From the IMG/VR virus record IMGVR_UViG_3300044675_004257, positions 1 through 64,000 of that record: DNA of 64,000 bases; one strand, given 5' to 3'. A program made the position numbers and the translations under genes. Positions 28,338 through 38,182 of the stretch are shown in pieces (the first letter of the stretch is position 1; every line of letters starts with the position of its first letter). The notes below the pieces were generated by a model. That model saw nothing but the letters and a program-made list of their open reading frames with translations. It ran no database searches and was not told where the DNA came from. The stretch comes from an uncultured virus (IMG/VR IMGVR_UViG_3300044675_004257). Taxonomy: Duplodnaviria > Heunggongvirae > Uroviricota > Caudoviricetes.

Positions 28338-28531
28338 AAAATTATATATTTGTAGCAGGATTGTGTTTCGCACTTAGTGTCGGCGCAGCAGAAACAAAAA
28401 AAGTTTGTGTTGATGTAAAAGATAAACAAGGTCAAGTTGTTAAAGACAAAGCTGGCAAACCAAAACAAAATTGTAAAGAAATGAAAGTTCACAAGAAACT
28501 TGAAGGCACAGAAGTTCCTGTGAAAAAATAA
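28334..28531 (+). CDS. Small secreted protein
   Basis: Signal peptide, Lys-rich, 2 Cys in the mature part. Confidence 0.6.
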   Translation: MKNYIFVAGLCFALSVGAAETKKVCVDVKDKQGQVVKDKAGKPKQNCKEMKVHKKLEGTEVPVKK

Positions 28532-28914
28532 TGGCGTATTCCGATAAGGTAATTGACCATTATGAGAACCCACGAAATGTGGGTAAGTTTGATATAGATG
28601 AAAATGTTGGAACAGGCATGGTCGGTGCGCCTGCGTGTGGTGATGTTATGAAGTTACAGATTAGGGTTGAAGATGATATTATTAGAGATGCTTGTTTCAA
28701 GACATATGGATGCGGTTCAGCAATCGCAAGTTCATCCTTGGTTACAGAGTGGATCAAAGGTAAAACTTTGGATGAAGCTTCTACTATTAAGAATTCTGAT
28801 ATCGCAGAAGAATTAGCATTACCACCTGTTAAAATACATTGTAGCATACTTGCAGAAGATGCTGTGAAAGCGGCCATTAACAATTATAAAGGTAAACATG
28901 TTAACAGTAACTGA
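28531..28914 (+). CDS. iscU: Fe-S scaffold IscU
   Basis: [33 protein letters not shown] and LPPVKIHCS motifs. Confidence 0.97.
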   Translation: MAYSDKVIDHYENPRNVGKFDIDENVGTGMVGAPACGDVMKLQIRVEDDIIRDACFKTYGCGSAIASSSLVTEWIKGKTLDEASTIKNSDIAEELALPPVKIHCSILAEDAVKAAINNYKGKHVNSN

Positions 28915-29212
28915 AAATGCTATTGAACAAATAAAAGAAATTTTATTGGAAGAAGAAAGTTCGAAATACGTCAGAGCCTTTATCGAAGGCGGTGGATGCT
29001 CTGGTTTTAATTATGGTTTCATGATAGAGGATGCTAAGAATGAGGATGATTTTGAAGTGACTGAAAAATTACTTGTTGATTCTGCCAGTATGCAATATTT
29101 CTCTGGTGCAACAATAGATTATAAAAAAGATAGACTAACAGGATCACAATTTGTGATTACCAACCCAAATGCCAAATCCACATGTGGATGCGGCAGCAGC
29201 TTTAGTGTATAA
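28898..29212 (+). CDS. A-type Fe-S carrier (ErpA/IscA)
   Basis: GGGCSGFNY and [14 protein letters not shown] motifs. Confidence 0.93.
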   Translation: MLTVTENAIEQIKEILLEEESSKYVRAFIEGGGCSGFNYGFMIEDAKNEDDFEVTEKLLVDSASMQYFSGATIDYKKDRLTGSQFVITNPNAKSTCGCGSSFSV

Positions 29213-29223
29213 GAAAGAACTAA

Positions 29224-29529
29224 ATGGCCACTACAGTAGAAAGAATAGGCATCGTTGAAACTAAGGTAGAAAACCTTAATGAAAAAATGGATGACCTAAA
29301 AGTTGATGTTAAAGAGATGCATGATTGCCTTGATAAAACACGGGACGCTTTGAGTGAAAAACTGGAAGAAATGTATAATGCATCCTGTACTCAACATACC
29401 GAACTAGCAAGGAAGATTGGTGACCTGGAAAAAGTCAGACAAAAGGTAGTATGGATGGCTGCCGGTGCCGTGGCCTTTGCTGGAATACTTTCCGGCCACT
29501 TAGAAAAAATACTTGCATTTTTACATTAA
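29224..29529 (+). CDS. Coiled-coil protein with C-terminal TM
   Basis: Heptad pattern plus hydrophobic tail. Confidence 0.65.
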   Translation: MATTVERIGIVETKVENLNEKMDDLKVDVKEMHDCLDKTRDALSEKLEEMYNASCTQHTELARKIGDLEKVRQKVVWMAAGAVAFAGILSGHLEKILAFLH

Positions 29530-29541
29530 TTGGTGTATAAT
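29513..29541 (+). promoter_or_regulatory. sigma70-type promoter for primase
   Basis: TTGCAT-17-TATAAT. Confidence 0.6.
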
Positions 29542-29573
29542 CTAGTTTCTTGTAAACTTCACACCATTTTGTT

Positions 29574-30587
29574 ATGTCCGTTTTTATTGATAGAACCTTT
29601 CTGCTAAGGGTATCCCCGAAGCTTCAAAAATTCACACAGAAAAAGGATAACCTGTATAACTTCAGGTGTCCTCTCTGTGGCGACTCAAGCAAGAACAAAA
29701 CCAAAGCTCGTGGTTATGTTTACGAAAAAAAGAACAATTACTTTTATATGTGCCACAATTGTGGTGCATCTACCTCCTTTTATAATTTCCTGGAGAAGGT
29801 TGATCCAAACCTAGTTAAAGAATATGCACTTGAACGGTACAAGAATGGTGAACAGGGACGTGACAATTACGTTAAACCAACTTTCGATGAATTCAAACCT
29901 GAAACCCCGAAGTTTCGTGTTAAATTCGATATTCCATCGGTCGAATCGTTACCAGAAGAACATTTTGCGAAAGTGTATGTCAAATCCCGCAAAATACCAG
30001 AGTCGTTCCATGCACACCTATATTTTGCACAAGACTTTAAAGGCTTTGTTGAGAGCCTGCAAATAGAGAAAGATGGACTCAAAGAAGATGACCCTAGATT
30101 GGTAATACCATTCTATGATGAAGATAAAAATCTTGTGGCATTTCAGGGTCGTGCATTAGGTGAATCTAAACTAAGATATATCACAGTAAAGACAGACAAA
30201 GATAACCACAAGTTATTCGGGACTGACCGGATCAACACGGAAGACATGATATATGTTGTGGAAGGTCCTATTGACTCTATGTTTCTGGAGAATGCCGTTG
30301 CAACTGCGGATTCAAATCTGATGGCTGCTTCCAAGCACTTCGACAAGTCTAAGATTGTCTTGGTGTATGATAATGAACCAAGAAACAAAGAACTACATAA
30401 TCAGATGGACAAGGCTATCGAGGAACACTACAATGTGGTAATCTGGCCTGAAATGATTGAAGAAAAAGATGTGAATGATATGGTTTTGAATGGCTTCTCA
30501 CCAGACGAAATTCAAGATATCATAAGTAAACATACCTTTGTAAATCTGAGAGCAAAGATGGAATTTATTAATTGGAAAAAGACTTGA
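29574..30587 (+). CDS. 61: DNA primase (T4 gp61-like)
   Basis: RCPLCGDS..CHNCG zinc finger, FQGRAL, VEGPIDS, YDNEPRN and KDVND motifs. Confidence 0.96.
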   Translation: MSVFIDRTFLLRVSPKLQKFTQKKDNLYNFRCPLCGDSSKNKTKARGYVYEKKNNYFYMCHNCGASTSFYNFLEKVDPNLVKEYALERYKNGEQGRDNYVKPTFDEFKPETPKFRVKFDIPSVESLPEEHFAKVYVKSRKIPESFHAHLYFAQDFKGFVESLQIEKDGLKEDDPRLVIPFYDEDKNLVAFQGRALGESKLRYITVKTDKDNHKLFGTDRINTEDMIYVVEGPIDSMFLENAVATADSNLMAASKHFDKSKIVLVYDNEPRNKELHNQMDKAIEEHYNVVIWPEMIEEKDVNDMVLNGFSPDEIQDIISKHTFVNLRAKMEFINWKKT

Positions 30588-30600
30588 ATGGAGATTTGTT

Positions 30601-31266
30601 ATGAATGTGAAATTGATATCATACACACAGGGTATAGACGGTAAAGATTTGTTAGAACAGGTTGCATTTGCAGCCAGAGTCTCAAATCCTGCCAATCAAA
30701 ATAATACCGAAACATCTGAAAAGTTGGTTCGTTATCTTATCAAAAATCAACATTGGTCACCACTAGAAATGGTGAACGTATGTTTGGAAATAAACACAAC
30801 ACGGGATATAGCAAGACAAATTTTAAGGCATCGTTCCTTTTCCTTTCAGGAATTTAGTCAACGATATGCGGAGGCGACTCAATTAGGTTTTGAACTAAAA
30901 GAAGCAAGGATGCAAGACTTGAAGAATCGTCAAAATTCAGTTGTAGTTGATGCAGCTGATGAAGATGCAAGATTACTTGCTATAGAATGGGAACGTGCTC
31001 AGAAACGTGTACTGTATGCGGTTGAAAAGGAGTATAAGTGGGCTATTGAGAACGGTATTGCAAAGGAACAAGCGAGAGCAGTACTGCCAGAGGGTATGAC
31101 AGGTTCACGTTTGTATATGAATGGAACGCTTCGTTCTTGGGTTCACTATATACAACTCCGAAGCGCAAACGGGACACAGAAAGAACATCAAGATGTTGCA
31201 TTGGCTTGTGCTGATGTTATTGAGCCAATTTTCCCCATGATTAAGGAGTACACCAATGGACAGTAA
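30601..31266 (+). CDS. thyX: Flavin-dependent thymidylate synthase
   Basis: HWSPLE and RQILRHRSFSFQEFSQRY motifs. Confidence 0.96.
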   Translation: MNVKLISYTQGIDGKDLLEQVAFAARVSNPANQNNTETSEKLVRYLIKNQHWSPLEMVNVCLEINTTRDIARQILRHRSFSFQEFSQRYAEATQLGFELKEARMQDLKNRQNSVVVDAADEDARLLAIEWERAQKRVLYAVEKEYKWAIENGIAKEQARAVLPEGMTGSRLYMNGTLRSWVHYIQLRSANGTQKEHQDVALACADVIEPIFPMIKEYTNGQ

Positions 31267-31615
31267 GAATGATGTAAGAGTTTTTATGGATGCATGTGAC
31301 CAAAAGGCAAGAGATTTTGGACCACAATCTGAACTGTATGTAGACCTGATAATGGAAGAATTTAGGGAACTTATTACAGCATATGGCAACAGAGACCCCG
31401 TAGAGATTGCTGATGCTTGTGCTGATTTGAAATGGGTAATTGAGGGTTTAGAACACACACTCAATATACCACAACAAGAAGTTTGGAACGAAGTTGCACG
31501 TAGCAATTTGGCCAAAATTTCTGAAAACGGAAAAGTAATAAAAAGAGAAGATGGCAAGGTATTAAAACCTGAAGGATGGACGCCACCTAACATTCAAGCA
31601 ATTATAAGAAAGTAA
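31256..31615 (+). CDS. MazG-like/PRA-PH NTP pyrophosphohydrolase
   Basis: EEFREL, EIADACADL, SNLAK and REDGKVLKP motifs. Confidence 0.85.
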   Translation: MDSKNDVRVFMDACDQKARDFGPQSELYVDLIMEEFRELITAYGNRDPVEIADACADLKWVIEGLEHTLNIPQQEVWNEVARSNLAKISENGKVIKREDGKVLKPEGWTPPNIQAIIRK

Positions 31616-31619
31616 AAAT

Positions 31620-33410
31620 ATGGAATATATGGGTATCAAAATAGACTTGGAAAAAGATAAACTATTTGATGAATTAGGAATTAAAAGATTACAAGAGTCT
31701 TACATGCGTGATGATGAAACATCACCACAACAGAGGTTTGCATATGTATCATCGTCATTCGGAAGTAATCCTGAACACGCTCAGCGCCTTTACAATTACT
31801 CCGCTAATCATTGGCTCAGTTATAGTACTCCAATTCTTAGCTATGGGCGTTCTAAGCGTGGTATGCCTATATCGTGCTTTCTTAACTATATTGAAGATAC
31901 TGCGGAGGGTCTAGTTGATAATCTTAGCGAAACTAATTGGCTTTCTATGCTTGGCGGTGGTGTTGGTATTGGCTTCGGTATACGTAGTGCAGACGACAAG
32001 AGTACTGGTGTTATGCCGCACCTCAAAATTTACGATGCTTCATCTCTTGCTTACCGTCAGGGTCGTACTCGCCGTGGAAGTTATGCTGCTTATCTTGATA
32101 TCAGTCATCCCGACATTATATCATTTTTAGAAATGCGTAAACCTACTGGTGATCCTAATGTACGATGCATGAATCTACACCATGGTGTTAACATCACTGA
32201 TGATTTTATGAAACTGATTGAAAACTGTATGTTGGATTCAGAAGCAGATGATTCATGGCCTTTGGTTGATCCAAAATCAGGAATAGTGCGTGAAACAGTT
32301 TCCGCCAAAGCTTTGTGGCAACAAATCTTAGAATTACGTATGCACACCGGTGAACCTTACATTCATTACATTGATACTAGTAATAAAATGTTACCTCAAT
32401 TCCTAAAAGATAGAGGATTAAAAGTACATCAATCAAACCTATGTTCTGAAATTATTTTACCAACAAATGAGGAAAGAACTGCTGTATGTTGTTTATCATC
32501 TTTAAATTTGGAGCACTATGATGATTGGAAGAATGATACCTTGTTCCTTAAGGATGTTGCTGAAATGCTCGATAACGTTCTGGAGTTTTTTATTGTTAAT
32601 GCACCTGATACCATTTCCAGGGCTATACACTCTGCTAGTCGTGAGCGTTCTATTGGCATTGGTGCCTTAGGTTTTCATGCTTACTTGCAGAAGAACAATA
32701 TTGCATTTGAAGGTGTAATGTCAAAAGTTACAAATAATCAAATATTTAAACACATAAGGAGTAAATTAGATGAGGCTAATCAAATTCTTGGAAAAGAACG
32801 AGGGGAAGCTCCTGATGCTGTCGGCACTGGCCAGCGCTTCAGTCACCTTATGGCTATTGCTCCAAATGCTTCTTCGTCTATCATTATGGGAAACACTAGC
32901 CCTAGTGTTGAGCCTTACCGTGCTAATGCTTACCGTCAAGACACTTTATCAGGCGCATTTCTAAACAAGAATAAACATCTAGATAAAATTATCCAAAAAC
33001 ACGCTGAGATTCATCCAAACGGATGGTCAGATGAAGTCTGGAGTAGTATCATGGCGAATGATGGTTCTGTACAACATTTAGAATGGTTGGATGAAAATGA
33101 GAGAGCTGTATTTAAAACATCCATGGAAATTGACCAACGTTGGGTTATCGAATTGGCTGCTGACCGCCAACAATACATTGACCAAGCACAATCATTAAAC
33201 TTGTTCTTCCGTCCAGATGCACATATCAAATACATTCACGCCATACACTTTATGGCATGGAAAAAAGGATTGAAAACGCTTTACTACTGCCGTTCAGAAA
33301 AGATTGGCAAGGCAGATAAGGTATCTAAACGTATTGAACGTCAAGTTATTAAAGAATTGGACATGGTTCAAGTAGCACAAGGAAATGATTGCATTGCTTG
33401 TGAGGGATAA
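31620..33410 (+). CDS. nrdA: Ribonucleotide reductase class I alpha (short, no obvious ATP cone)
   Basis: PISCF, SNLCSEI, APNASSS, KTLYY and C-terminal CIACEG motifs. Confidence 0.96.
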   Translation: MEYMGIKIDLEKDKLFDELGIKRLQESYMRDDETSPQQRFAYVSSSFGSNPEHAQRLYNYSANHWLSYSTPILSYGRSKRGMPISCFLNYIEDTAEGLVDNLSETNWLSMLGGGVGIGFGIRSADDKSTGVMPHLKIYDASSLAYRQGRTRRGSYAAYLDISHPDIISFLEMRKPTGDPNVRCMNLHHGVNITDDFMKLIENCMLDSEADDSWPLVDPKSGIVRETVSAKALWQQILELRMHTGEPYIHYIDTSNKMLPQFLKDRGLKVHQSNLCSEIILPTNEERTAVCCLSSLNLEHYDDWKNDTLFLKDVAEMLDNVLEFFIVNAPDTISRAIHSASRERSIGIGALGFHAYLQKNNIAFEGVMSKVTNNQIFKHIRSKLDEANQILGKERGEAPDAVGTGQRFSHLMAIAPNASSSIIMGNTSPSVEPYRANAYRQDTLSGAFLNKNKHLDKIIQKHAEIHPNGWSDEVWSSIMANDGSVQHLEWLDENERAVFKTSMEIDQRWVIELAADRQQYIDQAQSLNLFFRPDAHIKYIHAIHFMAWKKGLKTLYYCRSEKIGKADKVSKRIERQVIKELDMVQVAQGNDCIACEG

Positions 33411-34049
33411 ATGAAACCCACTATCGCTATATTCTTACATCAACCAAAATGTTCGGTACAATCTGGTAATGGAATAATTAAAGCACTAGAGACACATTAC
33501 AACTTTAAAATATTTACAAAGCATGAACTAGAAAGTGATTTCTTTGATAATGTCGATATTGTTGCTTTTCCTGGTGGTTTGGGTGATAGTGATAGTTTTG
33601 ATTTTTTATTTAAAGATAATCGTAGTCGCATTTCTGATTTTATTCATAATGGCGGCCGCTACCTGGGAATTTGCATGGGTGCTTATTGGGCTGGTAATAG
33701 TTATTTCAATTTTCTTGATAATGTAGAAGTTGAACAATATATAACACGACCAAATACCGACACACGTAGGCCTCATGCAAAGAACTTAAAAATTGAATGG
33801 TTGGGTAAACAGGAGAAGATGTTCTTTTATGATGGTTGTGCCTTTGGACCAGGACAGTATGAAATTATTGCAAAGTATATGAATGATGATCCGATGGCCA
33901 TTATTCAGAACAGGATAGGTTTAATTGGTTGTCATCCTGAAAGTCAACCACATTGGTATAAATCATATAGTTGGATGAGAGGCCTCTATCACAATGGAGA
34001 ACATCATAAACTATTATTAGAATTCACAAATAAATTAATGGAGAGATAA
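33411..34049 (+). CDS. Class I glutamine amidotransferase-like (BPL_N-like) protein
   Basis: FPGG, YLGICMGAY and HPE triad. Confidence 0.75.
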   Translation: MKPTIAIFLHQPKCSVQSGNGIIKALETHYNFKIFTKHELESDFFDNVDIVAFPGGLGDSDSFDFLFKDNRSRISDFIHNGGRYLGICMGAYWAGNSYFNFLDNVEVEQYITRPNTDTRRPHAKNLKIEWLGKQEKMFFYDGCAFGPGQYEIIAKYMNDDPMAIIQNRIGLIGCHPESQPHWYKSYSWMRGLYHNGEHHKLLLEFTNKLMER

Positions 34050-34050
34050 G

Positions 34051-34293
34051 ATGAAGATATTAAGATTTACAGCATCATGGTGTGGGCCATGCAAATCATT
34101 ATCAATGAATTTAGAACAAGCAAATTTACAAATGCCAATTGAAGTTATTGATATTGATGTTCAGTCCGATGTTGCAGTTGAATATGGAATTCGTGGTGTA
34201 CCGACATTAGTGATGTTGGATGAAAACATTGAGGTTAAACGATTGGTTGGTTCTAAAACCATCACAGAACTAAAAGAGTGGGCTACAGTATGA
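34051..34293 (+). CDS. Thioredoxin
   Basis: WCGPCK and GIRGVPT motifs. Confidence 0.93.
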   Translation: MKILRFTASWCGPCKSLSMNLEQANLQMPIEVIDIDVQSDVAVEYGIRGVPTLVMLDENIEVKRLVGSKTITELKEWATV

Positions 34294-35276
34294 TTAAAAA
34301 AGTTGATTCAAGACTTACAGATGAAAGAAACAGTTTTAAACCTTTCAATTATCCATGGGCATATGATGCTTGGTTGAAACATGAACAATCACATTGGCTT
34401 CACACAGAAGTTCCAATGATGGAAGACGTTAAAGATTGGAAAAAGAAACTAAGCAAAGAAGAAAAACAATTTCTTACACATATCTTTAGATTCTTTACAC
34501 AAGGCGACATTGACGTTGCTGGTGGTTATGTAAAGAACTATTTACCATATTTCCCTCAACCAGAAGTTCGCATGATGTTGTTAGGTTTTGCTGCAAGAGA
34601 AGCATTACACGTTGCTGCTTACAGTCATCTAATCGAAACACTTGGTTTACCAGAAGCCACTTATAACCAGTTCTTAGACTATCAAGAAATGAAAGATAAA
34701 CACGATTATGTGTTAGACCTTTCCTCTAAGAATGGTGATGCCGCTTCAACTGCAACCCACATCGCCGTGTTCAGTGCTTTCACTGAAGGGATGCAGTTGT
34801 TCTCCTCTTTCATCATGTTATTGAACTTTCCACGCACAGGTAAGATGAAAGGTATGGGACAGATTGTTACTTGGTCAATTGTTGATGAAACACAACATGC
34901 TGAGTCAATGATTAAATTATTCCGTACCTACATAGAAGAAAACAAAGAGATATGGAATGATGAACTTAAAGGCCGTATTTACAGCATTGCAGAAAAGATG
35001 GTTGAATTGGAAGATAAGTTTATTGACCTCGCCTTTTCTATGGGCGCTATGGACGGTCTATCTAGTGAAGATGTCAAAAAGTACATTCGTTATATTGCTG
35101 ATAGGCGCCTTATATCTCTTGGTCTTAAAGGCATTTTTAAAGTGAAGAAGAATCCATTACCTTGGGTTGAAGAAATGATTAACGCACCAACACACACAAA
35201 CTTCTTTGAGAACCGTGCAACTGATTATGCTAAAGGTGCATTGTCCGGAGATTGGGGCGATGTGTGGGCAAACTAA
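34290..35276 (+). CDS. nrdB: Ribonucleotide reductase class I beta
   Basis: FFTQGD, EALHVAAY, EGMQLFSSF, DETQH and NFFENRATDY motifs. Confidence 0.96.
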   Translation: MIKKVDSRLTDERNSFKPFNYPWAYDAWLKHEQSHWLHTEVPMMEDVKDWKKKLSKEEKQFLTHIFRFFTQGDIDVAGGYVKNYLPYFPQPEVRMMLLGFAAREALHVAAYSHLIETLGLPEATYNQFLDYQEMKDKHDYVLDLSSKNGDAASTATHIAVFSAFTEGMQLFSSFIMLLNFPRTGKMKGMGQIVTWSIVDETQHAESMIKLFRTYIEENKEIWNDELKGRIYSIAEKMVELEDKFIDLAFSMGAMDGLSSEDVKKYIRYIADRRLISLGLKGIFKVKKNPLPWVEEMINAPTHTNFFENRATDYAKGALSGDWGDVWAN

Positions 35277-35285
35277 AGGAAACAT

Positions 35286-35474
35286 ATGACAACAAGAACA
35301 ATAACAGCGGAGTGTAGTAACTGCGAATCCAGTTACGATGTAATTTTTATGGAAGAACTAGTATCAGAAGAATTACCTGAGTTTTGCCCGTTTTGTGGCG
35401 AAACGATTGATTCATTATCCGAAGACGAATATATAGAGGATGATGAACTCAATGATAATGAAAAATGGGACTGA
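35286..35474 (+). CDS. Small zinc-ribbon protein
   Basis: CSNC..CPFCG. Confidence 0.75.
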   Translation: MTTRTITAECSNCESSYDVIFMEELVSEELPEFCPFCGETIDSLSEDEYIEDDELNDNEKWD

Positions 35475-35878
35475 ACTGGACATATAAAGACAAAGAATTT
35501 ATAGAAGAATTGATTGGTGACAATTATGGTTTTGTGTATCTTATAACCAACAATGCAACAAATAAAAAATACATTGGTAAGAAGTTTTTCTATTCCTCAA
35601 AGACTAGGCAAGTGAAAGGTAAGAAGAAACGATTCAAAGTTTCCTCTGACTGGCAAACTTATTACGGTAGTAACGAGGAATTGAAAAAAGATGTTATAAT
35701 ACACGGACTAGATTCGTTTAGCCGAGAAATTATACATCTATGTAAAAGCAAAGGTGAGTGTGGTTATCTTGAAGCAAAAGAACAGTTTGTAAATGGTGCT
35801 CTGGAGACAGATGATTATTACAATTCTTGGATTATGGTAAGAGTAAGAAAATCACACATTAAAGGATTACAATGTTAG
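35465..35878 (+). CDS. GIY-YIG endonuclease
   Basis: GFVYLITN..KKYIGKK, YYGS and YYN motifs. Confidence 0.85.
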   Translation: MGLNWTYKDKEFIEELIGDNYGFVYLITNNATNKKYIGKKFFYSSKTRQVKGKKKRFKVSSDWQTYYGSNEELKKDVIIHGLDSFSREIIHLCKSKGECGYLEAKEQFVNGALETDDYYNSWIMVRVRKSHIKGLQC

Positions 35879-36216
35879 ATTATTTGAAGGAGGTTGGTGG
35901 GGAATTTGATGCTTTATTTTTCTTGCCAATGGAAGAAGAAGATAGTATCAACATTATGACTAACAAATATAAAAATCCAGGACAACCAATAAAAGGAAAC
36001 ATAATTGGCGATTGGTGGCACATTTTGTTGTTTAAATGCAACGAAGAAAATGGCCAAGTCGAGGACCTTGATATCTTTGATGCCATATTTGCCGATCCTA
36101 GGGAATACATATCCGGACTGATTCCCCAAGGTTGGTATGGTTTAATTGCAAAGAAAACCACAACCTCCCACAATTTTTTAGATGATGCTATTGACAAATT
36201 CAAGTCAATGATGTAA
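35872..36216 (+). CDS. Hypothetical protein
   Basis: ORF coupled to its neighbours. Confidence 0.6.
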   Translation: MLDYLKEVGGEFDALFFLPMEEEDSINIMTNKYKNPGQPIKGNIIGDWWHILLFKCNEENGQVEDLDIFDAIFADPREYISGLIPQGWYGLIAKKTTTSHNFLDDAIDKFKSMM

Positions 36217-36219
36217 AAT
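36191..36219 (+). promoter_or_regulatory. sigma70-type promoter for rnh
   Basis: TTGACA-17-TAAAAT. Confidence 0.6.
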
Positions 36220-36245
36220 ATGGATATCTAAACTGAAAGTACATT

Positions 36246-37109
36246 ATGATTCTTGTTGACCTTAACCAGGTATTGTTAGCCGGACTTATGGCACAAATTG
36301 CCAGTCAAAAAGGTGTTAAATTAGAAGAAGGCCTTATCAGACACATGGTCCTGAATATACTCAGGACTCACCTAAAGAACTTCCGAGAAGAATATGGTGA
36401 AGTTGTACTGTGTGCTGACAACCGTAAATACTGGCGCAAGGAATTCTTTCCTTTCTACAAAGCCGGCCGTAAAAAAACCAGAGAGAAGTCTGAACTCGAC
36501 TGGCATTTAATCTTTGATATGCTTTCCAAGTTTAAGCAAGAGCTCAGAGATAATTTCCCTTACAAAGTCATTGATGTTGAGGGTGCAGAGGCTGATGATA
36601 TCATCGGTACACTTGTACCACGACATATCATGCATGAAAACATCCTAATCATTTCAAGTGATGGTGATTTCTTGCAATTACAGATGTATAACGGCCGAAG
36701 TGAGTATACCGTTAAACAATATAATCCTGCACAGAAGAAATTTCTCATTTCTAAGAATCCACTTGATGAATTGAAAGAAAAAATCATTCATGGTGATAAA
36801 GGTGATGGCATTCCAAATATTATTTCACCGAGTGACACATTTGTGCGTGAGATTCGTCAGAAGGTTATGACAGAATCCAAACTTACAAAATTCATGGGTC
36901 AAGACTATAGTGAATATGATGATGAAAATGCACATATCGGTTTTTCACGTAACCAGACGTTGATTGACCTAAGAAATATACCAGGTGATATACAGACTAA
37001 AATTATAAATACTTATGAAGAAACCAAACCAGCACCTAAAGGTAAGATACTGGATTATTTAATTACAAACAAACTGAAAAGTTTAATAGATGTTATTGGG
37101 GAATTTTAA
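36246..37109 (+). CDS. rnh: T4 RNase H (5'-3' exonuclease, FEN family)
   Basis: ILVDLNQ, YWR..YKAGR, EADDIIG, SSDGDFLQL and GDKGDGIPN motifs. Confidence 0.95.
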   Translation: MILVDLNQVLLAGLMAQIASQKGVKLEEGLIRHMVLNILRTHLKNFREEYGEVVLCADNRKYWRKEFFPFYKAGRKKTREKSELDWHLIFDMLSKFKQELRDNFPYKVIDVEGAEADDIIGTLVPRHIMHENILIISSDGDFLQLQMYNGRSEYTVKQYNPAQKKFLISKNPLDELKEKIIHGDKGDGIPNIISPSDTFVREIRQKVMTESKLTKFMGQDYSEYDDENAHIGFSRNQTLIDLRNIPGDIQTKIINTYEETKPAPKGKILDYLITNKLKSLIDVIGEF

Positions 37110-37534
37110 TGAAATCGCTATATGAAGTTTTTGATGAATTTGAACTGGCTAAGAATAAAAAAGAAAGAATGGATGTAATTTCTAAAAATCTTTCACAGTC
37201 ATTGGTTGATGTATTGAAATTGGCTTATCATCCAGACATTCAATGGAAAATTAAAGAACTGCCAGAAAATTATCGTATACCAACAGATATGTTACCTGGT
37301 ATTACACATGATAATATTAATGGACAAATACGTAGAATGTATATGTTCAGAGTTGGTGATCCAACCGCAGAAAAATTAAATGAACACCGTAGAAATGAAT
37401 TACTAATTCAAATGTTAGAATCAATTGAACCACGGGAAGCAGAAGTTATATTGGGTATCTTCCAAAAAGATTTGGGAGTAAAAGGGTTAGACTATAAATT
37501 TGTAAAAGAGGCATTTCCAGACATGTTGCCATGA
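37109..37534 (+). CDS. Conserved T4-like protein (DUF6433-like)
   Basis: RRNELLIQMLESI.PREAEV; typical position after rnh. Confidence 0.7.
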   Translation: MKSLYEVFDEFELAKNKKERMDVISKNLSQSLVDVLKLAYHPDIQWKIKELPENYRIPTDMLPGITHDNINGQIRRMYMFRVGDPTAEKLNEHRRNELLIQMLESIEPREAEVILGIFQKDLGVKGLDYKFVKEAFPDMLP

Positions 37535-37920
37535 CGAAAAAAGAAAACATCATTGTCTTATCAGGTGAATTCGATTACATAACTTATAATGATTTTAAAT
37601 TATTAAAAACATGCAAATCTAAATGTGATTGGCTTGTTGTAGGAGTTCATTCTGACTCCTATATGGAGTTATGTCGAAATAGGACCAAAAGTACATTCGA
37701 ACAAAGAAAAGAATTTGTAGAAAGTATTTCTTATGTTGATGAGGTGTTTGCTTTTAATGATTTTGATGGAACCTGCTGTAATTTACTAAAACTTATAAAA
37801 CTATGTTATCCCGCATCCAATATAATCTATGTTTCAGAAACAAACGTAGAGGATATGCCAGAAGCTCGTATTCGTGGCATCACATTCACAACATTTGAAA
37901 TTATTAATCAAGGAGTTTAA
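37531..37920 (+). CDS. Cytidylyltransferase-like protein with degenerate HxGH
   Basis: SGEFD.., LVVGVHSD and YVDEV; HxGH replaced by TYND. Confidence 0.7.
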   Translation: MTKKENIIVLSGEFDYITYNDFKLLKTCKSKCDWLVVGVHSDSYMELCRNRTKSTFEQRKEFVESISYVDEVFAFNDFDGTCCNLLKLIKLCYPASNIIYVSETNVEDMPEARIRGITFTTFEIINQGV

Positions 37921-37925
37921 TTAAA

Positions 37926-38105
37926 GTGTCTAAATTTTCTGGAAAGTTTCGCAACCAGCGAGACTATGATGATGAGAAGTATTTCCAAGAGGAAAACAGA
38001 AACAAAAAACGTCAGAAGCAACAACGAAAACAAAAGTACTACGATGAGTATGAGTCTTTTGAATCCAATCAAAGATATAACAAATCCCAAAAAATTAATT
38101 ACTGA
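37926..38105 (+). CDS. Small charged hypothetical protein (59 aa)
   Basis: GGAG RBS, GTG start; below the ORF-track cutoff. Confidence 0.55.
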   Translation: MSKFSGKFRNQRDYDDEKYFQEENRNKKRQKQQRKQKYYDEYESFESNQRYNKSQKINY

Positions 38106-38158
38106 TGTTGTAAATTAACAACACTACTATTGACACTCTTTGATGGATGGTGTATAAT
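38106..38158 (+). promoter_or_regulatory. Promoter with TGTTG-N8-CAACA operator
   Basis: TGTTGTAAATTAACAACA, then TTGACA-17-TATAAT. Confidence 0.75.
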
Positions 38159-38182
38159 ACAACCATTGTTTAGGAGATTTTT

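Noticed and set aside
4870..35276. Introns or inteins in gp43, gp41, nrdA and nrdB
   Set aside because: All are continuous ORFs of ordinary length with no insertion signatures.
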